64,000 nucleotides of DNA from NCBI GenBank assembly GCA_045630455.1, contig JAZQTD010000030.1, positions 50,422-114,421 of the forward strand, given 5' to 3'. Under the pieces are notes generated by a model. The model saw only the letters and a program-made list of their open reading frames with translations, had not been told where the DNA came from and did no database searches. A program made the position numbers and the translations under genes. Within the stretch, counting starts at the first letter, position 1, and each line of letters begins with the position of its first letter. Below are positions 1 through 11,400 of this stretch, in pieces. Source of the stretch: Candidatus Enterousia sp. (GTDB taxonomy: Bacteria; Pseudomonadota; Alphaproteobacteria; Rs-D84).

Positions 1-735
1 GCTAGTATCCAGTTGTACAGTTGCTTCTCCGGGGTGTTTGCGACCTGCGCCGCCAGCTGGCACATTAGCCACGGTTCCTTCGATTAACTTTAATAAAGCC
101 TGCTGAACGCCTTCGCCGGAAACATCGCGTGTCAAAGATGGATTTTCAGACTTGCGTGAAATCTTGTCGATTTCGTCAATATAGATAATACCGCGTGATG
201 CACGTTCTACATCAAAGTTTGCATTTTGCAACAAACGTGTCAGAACGCTTTCCACGTCATCGCCAACGTACCCTGCCTCGGTCAATGTGGTTGCATCTGC
301 GATTGCAAATGGTACGTCCAAGATACGTGCCAACGTCTGGGCAAACAATGTTTTACCGGTTCCCGTTGAACCAATCAGCAAAACATTAGACTTTTGAATT
401 TCTACATTTGAAGATGCGGCAACACTGTGACGTTTATAATGATTATACACCGCCACCGCCAGTGTGCGTTTTGCGTCATCTTGACCAATAATGTAATCGT
501 TCAAGAAATTATAAATCTGACGTGGTGTCGGCAGTTTTGTCGACTCACGATTAATTTCATTTTTGACATCATCCGCCATAATATCATTGCACAGATTAAT
601 ACACTCGTCACAGATGCAGACATTACGTCCACTGACCAGTTTTTTAACCTCATACACGGCTTTGCCACAAAAACTGCAGAACTGATTGTTGTTTTCTGCG
701 GTTGGTGGTGTTGATGTTGTTTTATCGTCACTCAT
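1..735 (-). CDS. clpX: ATP-dependent Clp protease ATP-binding subunit ClpX (partial; C-terminus runs off the window start)
   Basis: The minus-strand frame is open from ATG at 735 ([11 protein letters not shown]...) to position 1. It has an N-terminal C4 zinc ribbon (CSFCGK...CICDEC), Walker A GSTGTGKT and IIYIDEIDK. It lies 15 nt downstream of clpP. It is absent from the ORF track because it has no stop codon in the window. Confidence 0.93.
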   Translation of the reverse strand, partial: MSDDKTTSTPPTAENNNQFCSFCGKAVYEVKKLVSGRNVCICDECINLCNDIMADDVKNEINRESTKLPTPRQIYNFLNDYIIGQDDAKRTLAVAVYNHYKRHSVAASSNVEIQKSNVLLIGSTGTGKTLFAQTLARILDVPFAIADATTLTEAGYVGDDVESVLTRLLQNANFDVERASRGIIYIDEIDKISRKSENPSLTRDVSGEGVQQALLKLIEGTVANVPAGGAGRKHPGEATVQLDTS

Positions 736-750
736 TACACTAAACCTAAA

Positions 751-1338
751 TTATTTGCGTTCCAAGATACCATCGATTAAACCGAATTCTTTTGCCTCAG
801 TCGGGCACATCCAGTTATCACGTTCCATTGCATCAAATAGCTCTTTTTCTTTGCGCCCTGTAAATTCAGACATTTGTTTGATTAATGTCTTTTTATTTTT
901 TTGATACTGGGTTAAACGAATTTCCATATCTGTGATTTGCCCTTCGGCCCCGGCCAATGGCTGGTGAATCATAATCTGGGTATTTGGTAAAACAAAGCGT
1001 TTGCCTTTTTCGCCAGCGGCCAACAATACCGAGCCCATAGATGCAACCAAGCCCATACCGATTGATGATACCGGTGCCTTGATATACTGCATCGTGTCCA
1101 TAATTGCCCAGCCTGCGGAAACATCGCCGCCCGGGGAATTAATATACATAGAAATTTCTGCATTTGGATTTTCTGATTCCAAGAACAGCAATTGTGCAAC
1201 GATACTGTTCGCCATTGCTGGTTCAATTGCGCCGTTAACCATCACAATACGGTCACGCAACAGGCGCGAGTAAATATCAAACGAACGTTCGCCACGTGGT
1301 GATTCTTCGATAACCATTGGTATCAATGCCATAACCAA
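751..1338 (-). CDS. clpP: ATP-dependent Clp protease proteolytic subunit ClpP
   Basis: 195 aa. Typical ClpP sequence: ERSFDIYSRLLRDRIV, INSPGGDVSAG, GMGLVASMGSVLLAAG, IMIHQP. Confidence 0.96.
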   Translation of the reverse strand: MVMALIPMVIEESPRGERSFDIYSRLLRDRIVMVNGAIEPAMANSIVAQLLFLESENPNAEISMYINSPGGDVSAGWAIMDTMQYIKAPVSSIGMGLVASMGSVLLAAGEKGKRFVLPNTQIMIHQPLAGAEGQITDMEIRLTQYQKNKKTLIKQMSEFTGRKEKELFDAMERDNWMCPTEAKEFGLIDGILERK

Positions 1339-1612
1339 TTCCTTTTTTTACAACTTGTATTATATCACACAAAAATCCGATTCGCGAATTTTACAGCATA
1401 TTATATAACGATTTTTGCTTCTTTTTAGAAAACCTAATAAAAAATCCTGAAAAAAGCCTGCTTTTTGAGTGTGATTGATTGTGGCTGTTTGGGCAACTGG
1501 GGCAAATTTGAAAGAAATAATTAGGCGGATTTTAGTACGATAAATCTTGCCTTAGAGAAAAAATACGACTATCATTCACCTGGTGTGTAATTTCAGGTAA
1601 GGAAGAAGTATT

Positions 1613-4600
1613 ATGTCTAAATTGATTGTTGATGGAAACTGGGCGGCGGCAGACGTTGCGTACAGATGTGTTGATTTTGCAGCGATTTATCCTATTACCC
1701 CCAGCAGTACTATGGGCGAACTGGCGGATGAATGGTCGTTCCAACATAAAAAGAATATCTGGGGTGCAATCCCACAGATTATTGAAATGCAATCTGAGGC
1801 GGGTGCGGCTGGCGCAATGCATGGCGCACTTCAGATGGGTAGTTTGGCAACAACATTTACTGCATCCCAAGGCTTGTTGTTGATGATTCCAAATATGTAT
1901 AAAATCGCGGGTGAACAGACGCCTTTTGTTATGCATGTTGCGGCGCGCGCATTGGCAACGCATGCACTATCGATTTTTGGTGACCACAGTGATGTTATGG
2001 CTGTGCGTTCTACGGGGTTTGCAATGCTGTCTTCGCATAATGTTCAGCAGGCGCACGATATGGCGGCGATTGCGCACGCGGCGACACTGCGAACTCGTGT
2101 ACCGTTCTTGCATTTCTTTGACGGTTTCCGCACCAGTCACGAAGAATCGCGCTTGACCCGTATTGAAGATGACGTATTGCGTGAAATGATTCCTGATTCG
2201 TTGGTCTTGGAAAATCGTGCACGTGGTATGACACCAGATAATCCAACAATTCGTGGTACAGCGCAAAACCCAGACGTGTATTTCCAGGGGCGCGAGGCTG
2301 CAAATCCGCTGTATGACAAAACGCCTGAAATCGTCCAAGAATGTATGGATAAGTTTGGCGAATTGACGGGGCGCAAATATAAACTGGTTGAATATATTGG
2401 CGATGAAAACGCAGAACACGTTATTGTTGCAATGGGCAGCGCGGTTGACACAATCGAAGAAACATTGGTGCATTTGCCGACAGGATTGGGTCTGGTTCGG
2501 GTGCATTTATATCGTCCATTCCCAGCTGAGGCTTTCAAGACTGCATTGCCAAAAACGGTAAAAAATATTGCAGTCCTAGACAGAACAAAAGAACCTGGTG
2601 CATTGGGTGAACCGTTGTATTTGGATGTTAAATCGGTTGTTGGTGATTCGGCTAATGTATTTGGTGGTCGATATGGCTTGGGGTCTAAAGAATTTAAACC
2701 ACGTGATGTTAAGGCGATTTATGAAAATATGATGCGTGGCGAATTAAAGCATAACTTTACAGTTGGAATTGATGATGATTTGACGGGATTGTCGCTAAAA
2801 ACAGACCCTGCGTTCTCGGTCGAAGATCCGAATTTCAAGACGGCGATTTTATATGGTATCGGCAGTGATGGTACAGTTGGTGCGGTTAAAAATATCGTGA
2901 AAATAGTTGGAGAAAATTCTGATTTATATCCACAATCGTACGCAGTTTATGATTCGAAGAAGTCTGGTGGACTGACTGCTTCGCATATCAGATTTTCAGA
3001 TGCGCCGATTAAAAGTCAATATTTGGTAGAGGTTGCGGACTTTATCAGTGTTTCAAACTTTATGATTGCCCAGCGTTTTGACGTGTTCCGTGGTTTGCGT
3101 GCGGGTGGTACGGTTATGATTAACACATCGATGGCGCCAGATGTCGCGTTCGCGAATCTGCCAAAAGACGTTCAGGAACACTTGATGCGAATTCGTGCGC
3201 GTGTATTTTTCTTGGATGCGAATACTGCGGCGGCGGAATTGGGGCTGGGGAATCGTATTAATACGTTTATTATGCTGAATTTCTTTAACTTAACTCAGGT
3301 TATTAATCCAGAAATTGCAGCTAAAAGCGCAAAGGTCGCAATTGAAAAAACATACAAGAAAAAGGGTATGGATATCGTAGTGGCAAACTGGGCGGCGGTA
3401 GACAAAGCAGCTGATTATTTACACGAGTACCAGTTGCCATCATCTGTATCAAATTTTGCGCCTGATTTTGTACCGGCTATGACATCCGATACGCCGGCGG
3501 AAATTGCGGGTACATTGGGTGAAATGGCGGCGCAACGTGGCGATGCAATTCCGGTTTCTCGTTTCCGTGTTGATGGTGAATTTGGGGCAGGGCAATATCC
3601 GGTCGGCACGTCCAAATATGAAAAGCGTGCGGTATCACCACGTGTCGCAACGGTGGATTTAGAAAAATGTATCCAGTGTGGCAAGTGTTCTATGTTGTGC
3701 CCACATGCGGCAATTCGTATCAAGGTTATGACAGAAGAACAAGCTGAACAAGCGCGCAGCGAAGGTGTTATTGTTGTGCCGATGAAGACCCCAGAACTGG
3801 GTGCTAATATGTACTATACATTGAATATTTCGCCGGCAGATTGTACGGGCTGTAATGTGTGTGTGAAAAATTGTCCGGTCAAAGCTTTGTCTATGGAAAA
3901 CGCATCTGATGTGATGGAAAAAAATCAGGCGGCATTTAATGCGGCTGAAAAGTTGCCGGATGTGGAACGCGAAAAATTAAACTTGAATATTCCAAAGCAC
4001 GTTGAATTATTGCCGCATTATTTTGAATTCCCGGGGGCATGTGCGGGCTGTGGTGAAACGCCGTATGTTAAAATGCTGGCGCATTTGTTTGGGGACAGAA
4101 TGGTTGTTGCAAATGCAACGGGCTGTTCGTCTATTTATGGGGCGAATTTGCCTACGACCCCATGGACCAAGGATTCTTGTGGTCGTGGGCCGGCGTGGTC
4201 TAATTCGCTGTTCGAAGATAATGCAGAATACGGTCTGGGGATGCGTTTAGCACTGAATCAGAAGCGCGAAAACCTAAAATCACTGTTGTTCGAGGTCGGT
4301 ATTGAAAATGTAGAACAGTTGTTTGATGAAGCAGACCCGGCTAAGCAACGTGAAATTGAAACAAGTCTGCGTACCCAGTTGGCAAATATCAATGGCGAAC
4401 GTGCCCGATTGGCAGAAAGCCTGATTGGTGAAATTGTTGATAAATCTGTATGGATTATCGGCGGAGACGGTTGGGCGTATGATATTGGCTATGGTGGTGT
4501 AGATCATATCTTGCACAGTGGCGAAAATGTAAATATCTTGGTTTTGGATACCGAAGGCTATTCGAATACTGGCGGGCAACAGTCTAAGTCAACACCATTC

Positions 4601-5122
4601 GGTGCCAGTATGAAATTTGCCATTGGTGGTAAAGAACACGCCAAGAAAGATTTAGGATTAATTGCGATGATGAGTGGCGCATACGTTGCTCAGATTGCGA
4701 TGGGCGCAAATCAGGTCCAAGCGATTCGTGCATTCCGTGAGGCTGAATCTTTCAACGGTCCTTCGATTATATTGGCGTATGCGCCATGTATCGCGCATGG
4801 ATTCGCGCTGCAAAATGGGGTCGAACATCAAACGCAGATGGTTCAGACTGGGGCGTGGCCATTATTCCGATTTGACCCGAGACGTATTGCCGCAGGCGAA
4901 AACCCATTAAGTATGGATTCGTCGACTGAAAATCCGTTGCCATTGGAAGACTTTTTGAAAACAGAATCTCGTTTCGCGGCGGCGCGCGCGGCTAATCCCC
5001 AATTTAATAAACTGGTTGATTTGGCCAAGGCTAATAATGCGTATAAAAGCGAACTGAAACAGCATATTGCGCATTTTGCAATGGCCAATAAACCATGTGT
5101 CAAAGAAAATGGCGAGGGATAA
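1613..5122 (+). CDS. nifJ: pyruvate:ferredoxin (flavodoxin) oxidoreductase (PFOR)
   Basis: 1169 aa single-chain PFOR. N-terminus reads DGNWAAADVAYRCVDFAAIYPITPSS. Two 4Fe-4S ferredoxin motifs (CIQCGKCSMLCP, CTGCNVCVKNCP). TPP-binding region GGDGWAYDIGYGG. Confidence 0.96.
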   Translation: MSKLIVDGNWAAADVAYRCVDFAAIYPITPSSTMGELADEWSFQHKKNIWGAIPQIIEMQSEAGAAGAMHGALQMGSLATTFTASQGLLLMIPNMYKIAGEQTPFVMHVAARALATHALSIFGDHSDVMAVRSTGFAMLSSHNVQQAHDMAAIAHAATLRTRVPFLHFFDGFRTSHEESRLTRIEDDVLREMIPDSLVLENRARGMTPDNPTIRGTAQNPDVYFQGREAANPLYDKTPEIVQECMDKFGELTGRKYKLVEYIGDENAEHVIVAMGSAVDTIEETLVHLPTGLGLVRVHLYRPFPAEAFKTALPKTVKNIAVLDRTKEPGALGEPLYLDVKSVVGDSANVFGGRYGLGSKEFKPRDVKAIYENMMRGELKHNFTVGIDDDLTGLSLKTDPAFSVEDPNFKTAILYGIGSDGTVGAVKNIVKIVGENSDLYPQSYAVYDSKKSGGLTASHIRFSDAPIKSQYLVEVADFISVSNFMIAQRFDVFRGLRAGGTVMINTSMAPDVAFANLPKDVQEHLMRIRARVFFLDANTAAAELGLGNRINTFIMLNFFNLTQVINPEIAAKSAKVAIEKTYKKKGMDIVVANWAAVDKAADYLHEYQLPSSVSNFAPDFVPAMTSDTPAEIAGTLGEMAAQRGDAIPVSRFRVDGEFGAGQYPVGTSKYEKRAVSPRVATVDLEKCIQCGKCSMLCPHAAIRIKVMTEEQAEQARSEGVIVVPMKTPELGANMYYTLNISPADCTGCNVCVKNCPVKALSMENASDVMEKNQAAFNAAEKLPDVEREKLNLNIPKHVELLPHYFEFPGACAGCGETPYVKMLAHLFGDRMVVANATGCSSIYGANLPTTPWTKDSCGRGPAWSNSLFEDNAEYGLGMRLALNQKRENLKSLLFEVGIENVEQLFDEADPAKQREIETSLRTQLANINGERARLAESLIGEIVDKSVWIIGGDGWAYDIGYGGVDHILHSGENVNILVLDTEGYSNTGGQQSKSTPFGASMKFAIGGKEHAKKDLGLIAMMSGAYVAQIAMGANQVQAIRAFREAESFNGPSIILAYAPCIAHGFALQNGVEHQTQMVQTGAWPLFRFDPRRIAAGENPLSMDSSTENPLPLEDFLKTESRFAAARAANPQFNKLVDLAKANNAYKSELKQHIAHFAMANKPCVKENGEG

Positions 5123-5124
5123 AG

Positions 5125-5577
5125 ATGAAAGAGCAAAGATTTTGTCGTAAAATCGTGCTTGCGTTGGTTTGTTGTGCTGGGCTGACGGCGTGTACTTTCC
5201 AGACCAAGCATCGTGGCTATGTGTTCCCAGAAAATCTGGAAGCCGTTGTGACGGACATCAAGACAACCGCACAGTTGCAGGAAAAAATTGGTGCGCCCCA
5301 GGTAAAAACAATACACGGGGATACGGTTTGGGTTTATTTTGGTGCTGATGAAAACTATCGTGGGCCGTTAAAGCAAACTTATACAGATGAAACGGTGCTG
5401 TTGGCATGGGTCAAGGGTAACCAGGTTGTAAAAACAGCGGTTTTACGTGATGCAGATTTGCCAGACGTAGTCATAGCTGACGGAGAAACCCAGATTCCGG
5501 CTGCAATCGAACTGAACGCAATCGAAGAATTGTTCAATAATATTGGGCGCTTTAGTCCAGCAGGACTGGGACAGTAA
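5125..5577 (+). CDS. bamE: outer-membrane lipoprotein, BamE (SmpA/OmlA)-like
   Basis: ATG at 5125 follows GAGGGA. Lipoprotein signal LVCCAGLTAC. The mature part begins TFQTKHRGYVFPENL, typical of alphaproteobacterial BamE/OmlA. I prefer the internal start over the track start at 5095, which overlaps the nifJ stop. Confidence 0.6.
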   Translation: MKEQRFCRKIVLALVCCAGLTACTFQTKHRGYVFPENLEAVVTDIKTTAQLQEKIGAPQVKTIHGDTVWVYFGADENYRGPLKQTYTDETVLLAWVKGNQVVKTAVLRDADLPDVVIADGETQIPAAIELNAIEELFNNIGRFSPAGLGQ

Positions 5578-5620
5578 AATACTATTGTAAATATGTTAAA
5601 AAAAGTGTAGAATACTAATT

Positions 5621-6166
5621 ATGAAGAGAATGATTTTACTATTTTTAGGACTGATTGTTTCAGATGCTTATGCTGTTGCGGCGGCTGATTTTGCGTGTGG
5701 GCCGGGTTATATCTTGACGGAACACAAAAAAATTGATGGGCTGGATGCCGCAGAATGCCAAAAATTGTGGTGCGTTGATTTGGAAACAGGAAAGTCAATG
5801 GGGCGGGGTGATACACCAAACAGTGGCTATAAATCAACATCATATCCTGATGAATTGTCTGTTGGTGGTAAGAGTGTGACATGCTGGGGCGAACGTAAAT
5901 GGTGCGCCGGTCAGGTCCCTGGGGAATGGGATTCAGAACACGGAATGTATGTGCGTGGCACCTATAATCCAGACAGTGCATATCAATCTTATCAAAAGGG
6001 TGGATGTTTTACATGGCGATTGGAAGAGCATGATTGTCCGGCGGGTCAGACGGCGTTCTTAGGTGATGACGGTGTTTGGGATTGTCGTGAGCAGAAAAAG
6101 ACCGTGGAACAGGTTCGTGGGTCTGCAATACGTCGAACCAGTGCCCCGCGTCGAATAATAAGATAA
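5621..6166 (+). CDS. secreted cysteine-rich hypothetical protein
   Basis: 181 aa. N-terminal signal peptide MKRMILLFLGLIVSDAYA, about 10 Cys, followed by an intrinsic terminator. No family recognised. Confidence 0.6.
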   Translation: MKRMILLFLGLIVSDAYAVAAADFACGPGYILTEHKKIDGLDAAECQKLWCVDLETGKSMGRGDTPNSGYKSTSYPDELSVGGKSVTCWGERKWCAGQVPGEWDSEHGMYVRGTYNPDSAYQSYQKGGCFTWRLEEHDCPAGQTAFLGDDGVWDCREQKKTVEQVRGSAIRRTSAPRRIIR

Positions 6167-6171
6167 ATATA

Positions 6172-6197
6172 AAGCCCCATTTCGGGGCTTTTTTTAA
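6172..6197 (+). terminator. intrinsic terminator
   Basis: AAGCCCCATTTCGGGGCTTTTTTT hairpin plus T-run directly after the 5621-6166 ORF. Confidence 0.7.
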
Positions 6198-6259
6198 TTT
6201 TTTTGTTTCAATCATTTGTTTTTCGGCTTTTTTGTGGTATAATACACAGGGCAGAGAGA

Positions 6260-6844
6260 ATGGCAAACCTGATAAAGAGTGTAAATATGCCAAGTAAAAA
6301 GTTAGATTTTAAAACCGGACAATATGTAGTCTACCCGACTCAAGGTGTTGGTAAATTAGTACGTATCGAAGAACAGACAATTGCCGGACAAAAAATAAAA
6401 ATGATGGTAATTGATTTTGAACGCAATCATATGACATTGCGTGTGCCACTGGAACGTGCTGAAATTTCTGGGTTGCGCCCATTGTCTACGGTAAAAAAGT
6501 TGGATGAGGCTATTGCATCCGCCAAGGGTAAAGCCGGTGCCAAGCGTATGATTTGGGCACGTCGTGCCGCCCAGTACGAAGAAAATATTAACTCGGGTGA
6601 TCCAATGAAATTGGCAGAGGTTGTACGTGACCTGCAACGTCGTAGTGCCGCGGATACAATGACTTTTTCTGCGCGCCAGTTGTATTTGCGTGCTTTGGAA
6701 CGTATGGCCCAAGAATTTGCGGTATTGCATAAAATGGATTTGGATGCTGCATCTGATAAAATTGAAGATATATTAGGCATTCCAAAGGAAATAGACCTGA
6801 ATGCTGTTGAGGTTGACGAGGACGAAGTAGAAGAAGATAATTAA
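6260..6844 (+). CDS. carD: CarD/CdnL family RNA-polymerase-binding transcriptional regulator
   Basis: Contains FKTGQYVVYPTQGVGKLVRIEEQTIAGQKIKMMVIDF...MTLRVPLERA, the CarD N-terminal Tudor-like domain. The start is uncertain (6260 or 6287; the track start at 6203 is less likely). Confidence 0.85.
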   Translation: MANLIKSVNMPSKKLDFKTGQYVVYPTQGVGKLVRIEEQTIAGQKIKMMVIDFERNHMTLRVPLERAEISGLRPLSTVKKLDEAIASAKGKAGAKRMIWARRAAQYEENINSGDPMKLAEVVRDLQRRSAADTMTFSARQLYLRALERMAQEFAVLHKMDLDAASDKIEDILGIPKEIDLNAVEVDEDEVEEDN

Positions 6845-6876
6845 AATCCCACCGTTTGGTGGGATTTATTTTTTTG
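6844..6876. terminator. bidirectional intrinsic terminator
   Basis: AAATCCCACCGTTTGGTGGGATTT flanked by A- and T-runs, between convergent carD and the 6866-7072 ORF. Confidence 0.65.
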
Positions 6877-7072
6877 TGCCGATAACCAGTGCGTAAAACC
6901 AACCGACAAGAGACCATCCAAACAGCCAAGACCCCAGTCGAACAAGAAACATATCTTGTTTGCCTTTGTCGGTTTGGCGGGCAATCCATGCCGGGGCGCA
7001 AATAATGCCGACCAGTATGGATGTCGCCAGAATATATTTTATAATCAAAATAATCGTCGTTGTTGTTATCAT
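6866..7072 (-). CDS. small membrane protein, superinfection-immunity (Imm)-like
   Basis: Two predicted TM helices. The C-terminal WLFGWSLVGWFYALVIG resembles the Imm_superinfect signature (GWT.IGW..AL.WA). I used the internal ATG at 7072 because the track start at 7156 would overlap the eno 3' end. Confidence 0.4.
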   Translation of the reverse strand: MITTTTIILIIKYILATSILVGIICAPAWIARQTDKGKQDMFLVRLGSWLFGWSLVGWFYALVIGTKK

Positions 7073-7136
7073 TGCCGTGATTAAAATAGGGGGGGACGCA
7101 ATTGCGTGTCCCCCCCATACATTTTTTTCAATGTGA

Positions 7137-8411
<1,275 letters not shown>

Positions 8412-8498
8412 TTATGTGCAGTTTAATGTTGCCTTGATTTTGGGTTTTGTGCAATAATATAATCATAAATATATGGGAAAAAGAAATAGAAAAATAAT

Positions 8499-11400
8499 AT
8501 GTTAAAGAAATTACTTGCTTTTGTATGCGGAATTGTGCCGGCTGGTGCTTTTGCTGCGACGGAAAATATACCAGTAACGGATGTCAAAGATTTGGCGGGA
8601 TACAATGCGATTGAATCTTCGACTGCTGGGATTGTGATGGATGATTCTGTGTCTGTTGCGACGAATCAAATAGTTGCTGTGCAGGATAATGGTATTGCTG
8701 CCCTGACAGTTAAAGACACGCTGGATGTTGCGGGAGATATGCGTGTGTTTGATACGGCTTTGGCGCAGTCTGGTGGTGGTACGCTTTTTATTGATAACAA
8801 AGTTTCGAATACTTTTTCTTTGCAAATGGGTGGTGATTTAACTATTGGTGGGGGATTGACGGTTGGTGCTACGGATAATGCTGCGCGTACATTTAATATA
8901 ACGAATTATTATGGTGATACCTTTAATGTTTTAATAGATGGTTCTGTTGATGTTTTTGGTACACTGACAGTAACGGGGGTAAATGATTTTGAATCTGGGG
9001 CGATTGACGTTGATGGTGTAATTGATGTTGTTGCAGCCAACGATATAACTGTTGATGCTGTGACGGTGGCAAGTGGTAGTGCGACTTTTAAAGCAATGGA
9101 CACTTTAACTATTGTAGGTGCGCTACAAAATAATGGTGTCGCAGGTACTGACGTTGTTTTGTCTGGTGCAGAAATATCAGTTGCAGATATTCAAAATAAC
9201 GCTTCTGGTAAAATGGATGTCACTGTGTCTGGGAATTTGACTGCCACTGGGGTTGTCGAAAACAAGGGGCAGAGTCTGACAATTGATGCCACGGGTGCCG
9301 CTGTTGTTATAGATGGTACGATGACCAATGAAACTGGAAATATGATTGTCAAAGCCGACTCTTTGACTGTCGGTGGTGGTGATGCTAATAATGCTTCGTT
9401 TGTAAATAAAGCAGATTTGTCACTTACGGTTAGTGGGGCTGCTTCGTTTGCCAATGGAATCAACCTGGATATGAGTGAGGAACATTGGGGTGATTTTTTC
9501 TATATGAAGGTGGGCAGTTTGGATTTTGGGGATGGTGATACGACTGCGTTTTTTGCAAATAATTTGAATGATTATGATGTTATTGTAGATTCTGCATTTT
9601 CTACGAGTGATATATCCAATGGTTCGCAAAATGTGAATGCGAATATGTATTTGGCGGCGGCTGGGTTAACTGTTGAAGATGTTACAAATAATGCAGGTAC
9701 AATGAAGTTAGTGGCATCGAATTCTACAAATTTGACGGCGAATAGTGTGACAGATTCAGCTACTGCTAAGACAGACTTGTTTTCAGATGGTGGTACTGTC
9801 AGTGTTACAAATGATGTGATTGCCAGTGGAACTATGACTTTAAGTGGTCAACAGGTGTTAGTTGGTGGTGTTGTTGGAAAAGGTGGCAGTTTGGTTGTGA
9901 CGGGCAGTGCGGGTGAATCTGGTTTGGTGACAGTAAATAAAGATATTACAAACGCTAATGGTAACGTTAAATTGTCTGGTCGTCAGATAAAAGTTCTCGG
10001 AAATATTACAAATAATTCGGGAACTGTGACGGTTGGTGGATCTGACTTACAAGAATCTGCAATTCATTTAGGTGGTGTCAATGTTGTTAATGGTGTTGTT
10101 AACCTGAATGGGTTGTTGGGGGTTGATATTGCCCAGAAAACAGTAGAAGATAATACTTTTGGTACGGGAACTTTGAATGTTTCTGGTGGTGTTTTAAATA
10201 TTGGTTCTGCTACACACGCTTTGACTATTAATGGACCGACTGGTAATAGCGGTTTTGTTGTTGATATTGCGGGCAATGTTATCGCAACGGGGGTACAGGG
10301 GGTTGCGGGAACGGGTGATGTATATGTTGCCGCGTATGGTAATCAGGGATTTTTGCTTGATGCAAAAGGTGCTGTGAATATTGATGGCAGTATTTTGGCA
10401 AACGCTTCTGATGCCGTGGCACGCACATTGAATTTTGCAACAAATTCTTTGCAGGTCGGTGGTAATGTGACAGCAACGGGTTCTAATAATCGTATTGTTT
10501 TCCAAGGGTTGCTGAATCCAGATGATGATGTGATACCTGTTGGCAAAGTGATGGTTGATGGTGTTTTATCTGCATCAAACAGTGGGGCTGTTGAAATACA
10601 TAGCACTGATATTAGTGTTGGTAAGTTGACTGAAAGCAGTGGTGCGATTTATGTCTATGGTAATGATACGGCTCAGATGGCTGTGTCTGGGGGCGGTGTG
10701 TCTATATCAAGTGGTATTGCATATGGCGCGTCGGGTGCAACAAACAAGGGCTTGATTATTGCTAATACGCCGGTATTTTCATTGGTGTCCCAGACTCCAA
10801 ATGCAGATATAACCACAGATATTGACATTTCTGGTGGAATTGAATTGGGAAATGCGGGGCGTTTGAATCTGCAATCTGTGCGTGATATACAAATCGCTGG
10901 ACTAATTACATCTGGTGGTTATTTGGATATTGATGCAGGTGGTGATGCCAACATTTTAAATAATGTGACTGTTGACAGTCAAATGGATGTTACGGCTAAA
11001 AATATTGATATGGCTGATTTGAACAACAATGGGACTGTTAATTTGACGGCGAACGGTGATATTAATATCGGTATTTTAGAGAATACCGAAAATGCAGTCG
11101 GTTTGGATATTGATGTGTACGGTGATATTTATGTGACGTCTATTGAATCGGTGGCGGGTGATGTGGATATTATTGCGAATACTTTGGATGTTGATAATGG
11201 TCTGGATATCACGGGCGGCACGTTTAGTTTGGAAGTGTCAAAGGCAGAATTTGGCGGCGATGTTAATGTTTCGGGTGTTCTGAATCAGGGTGTAAATGAA
11301 ACTGGTATGCTGAATTTGACAGGGAATGATTTTACATTTAATGCGGTAAATCTGACAACTGGTGGATTTGTTGCCGATTCGAATACAGTGACGTACAATA

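Noticed and set aside
427-731. Track ORFs 427-714 (+) and 501-731 (-) near the window start.
   Set aside because: Both lie inside the clpX coding region in the wrong frame or strand. The true clpX frame (ATG 735 to position 1) gives a full ClpX zinc ribbon and AAA+ motifs, and it is missing from the track only because it has no stop codon in the window.
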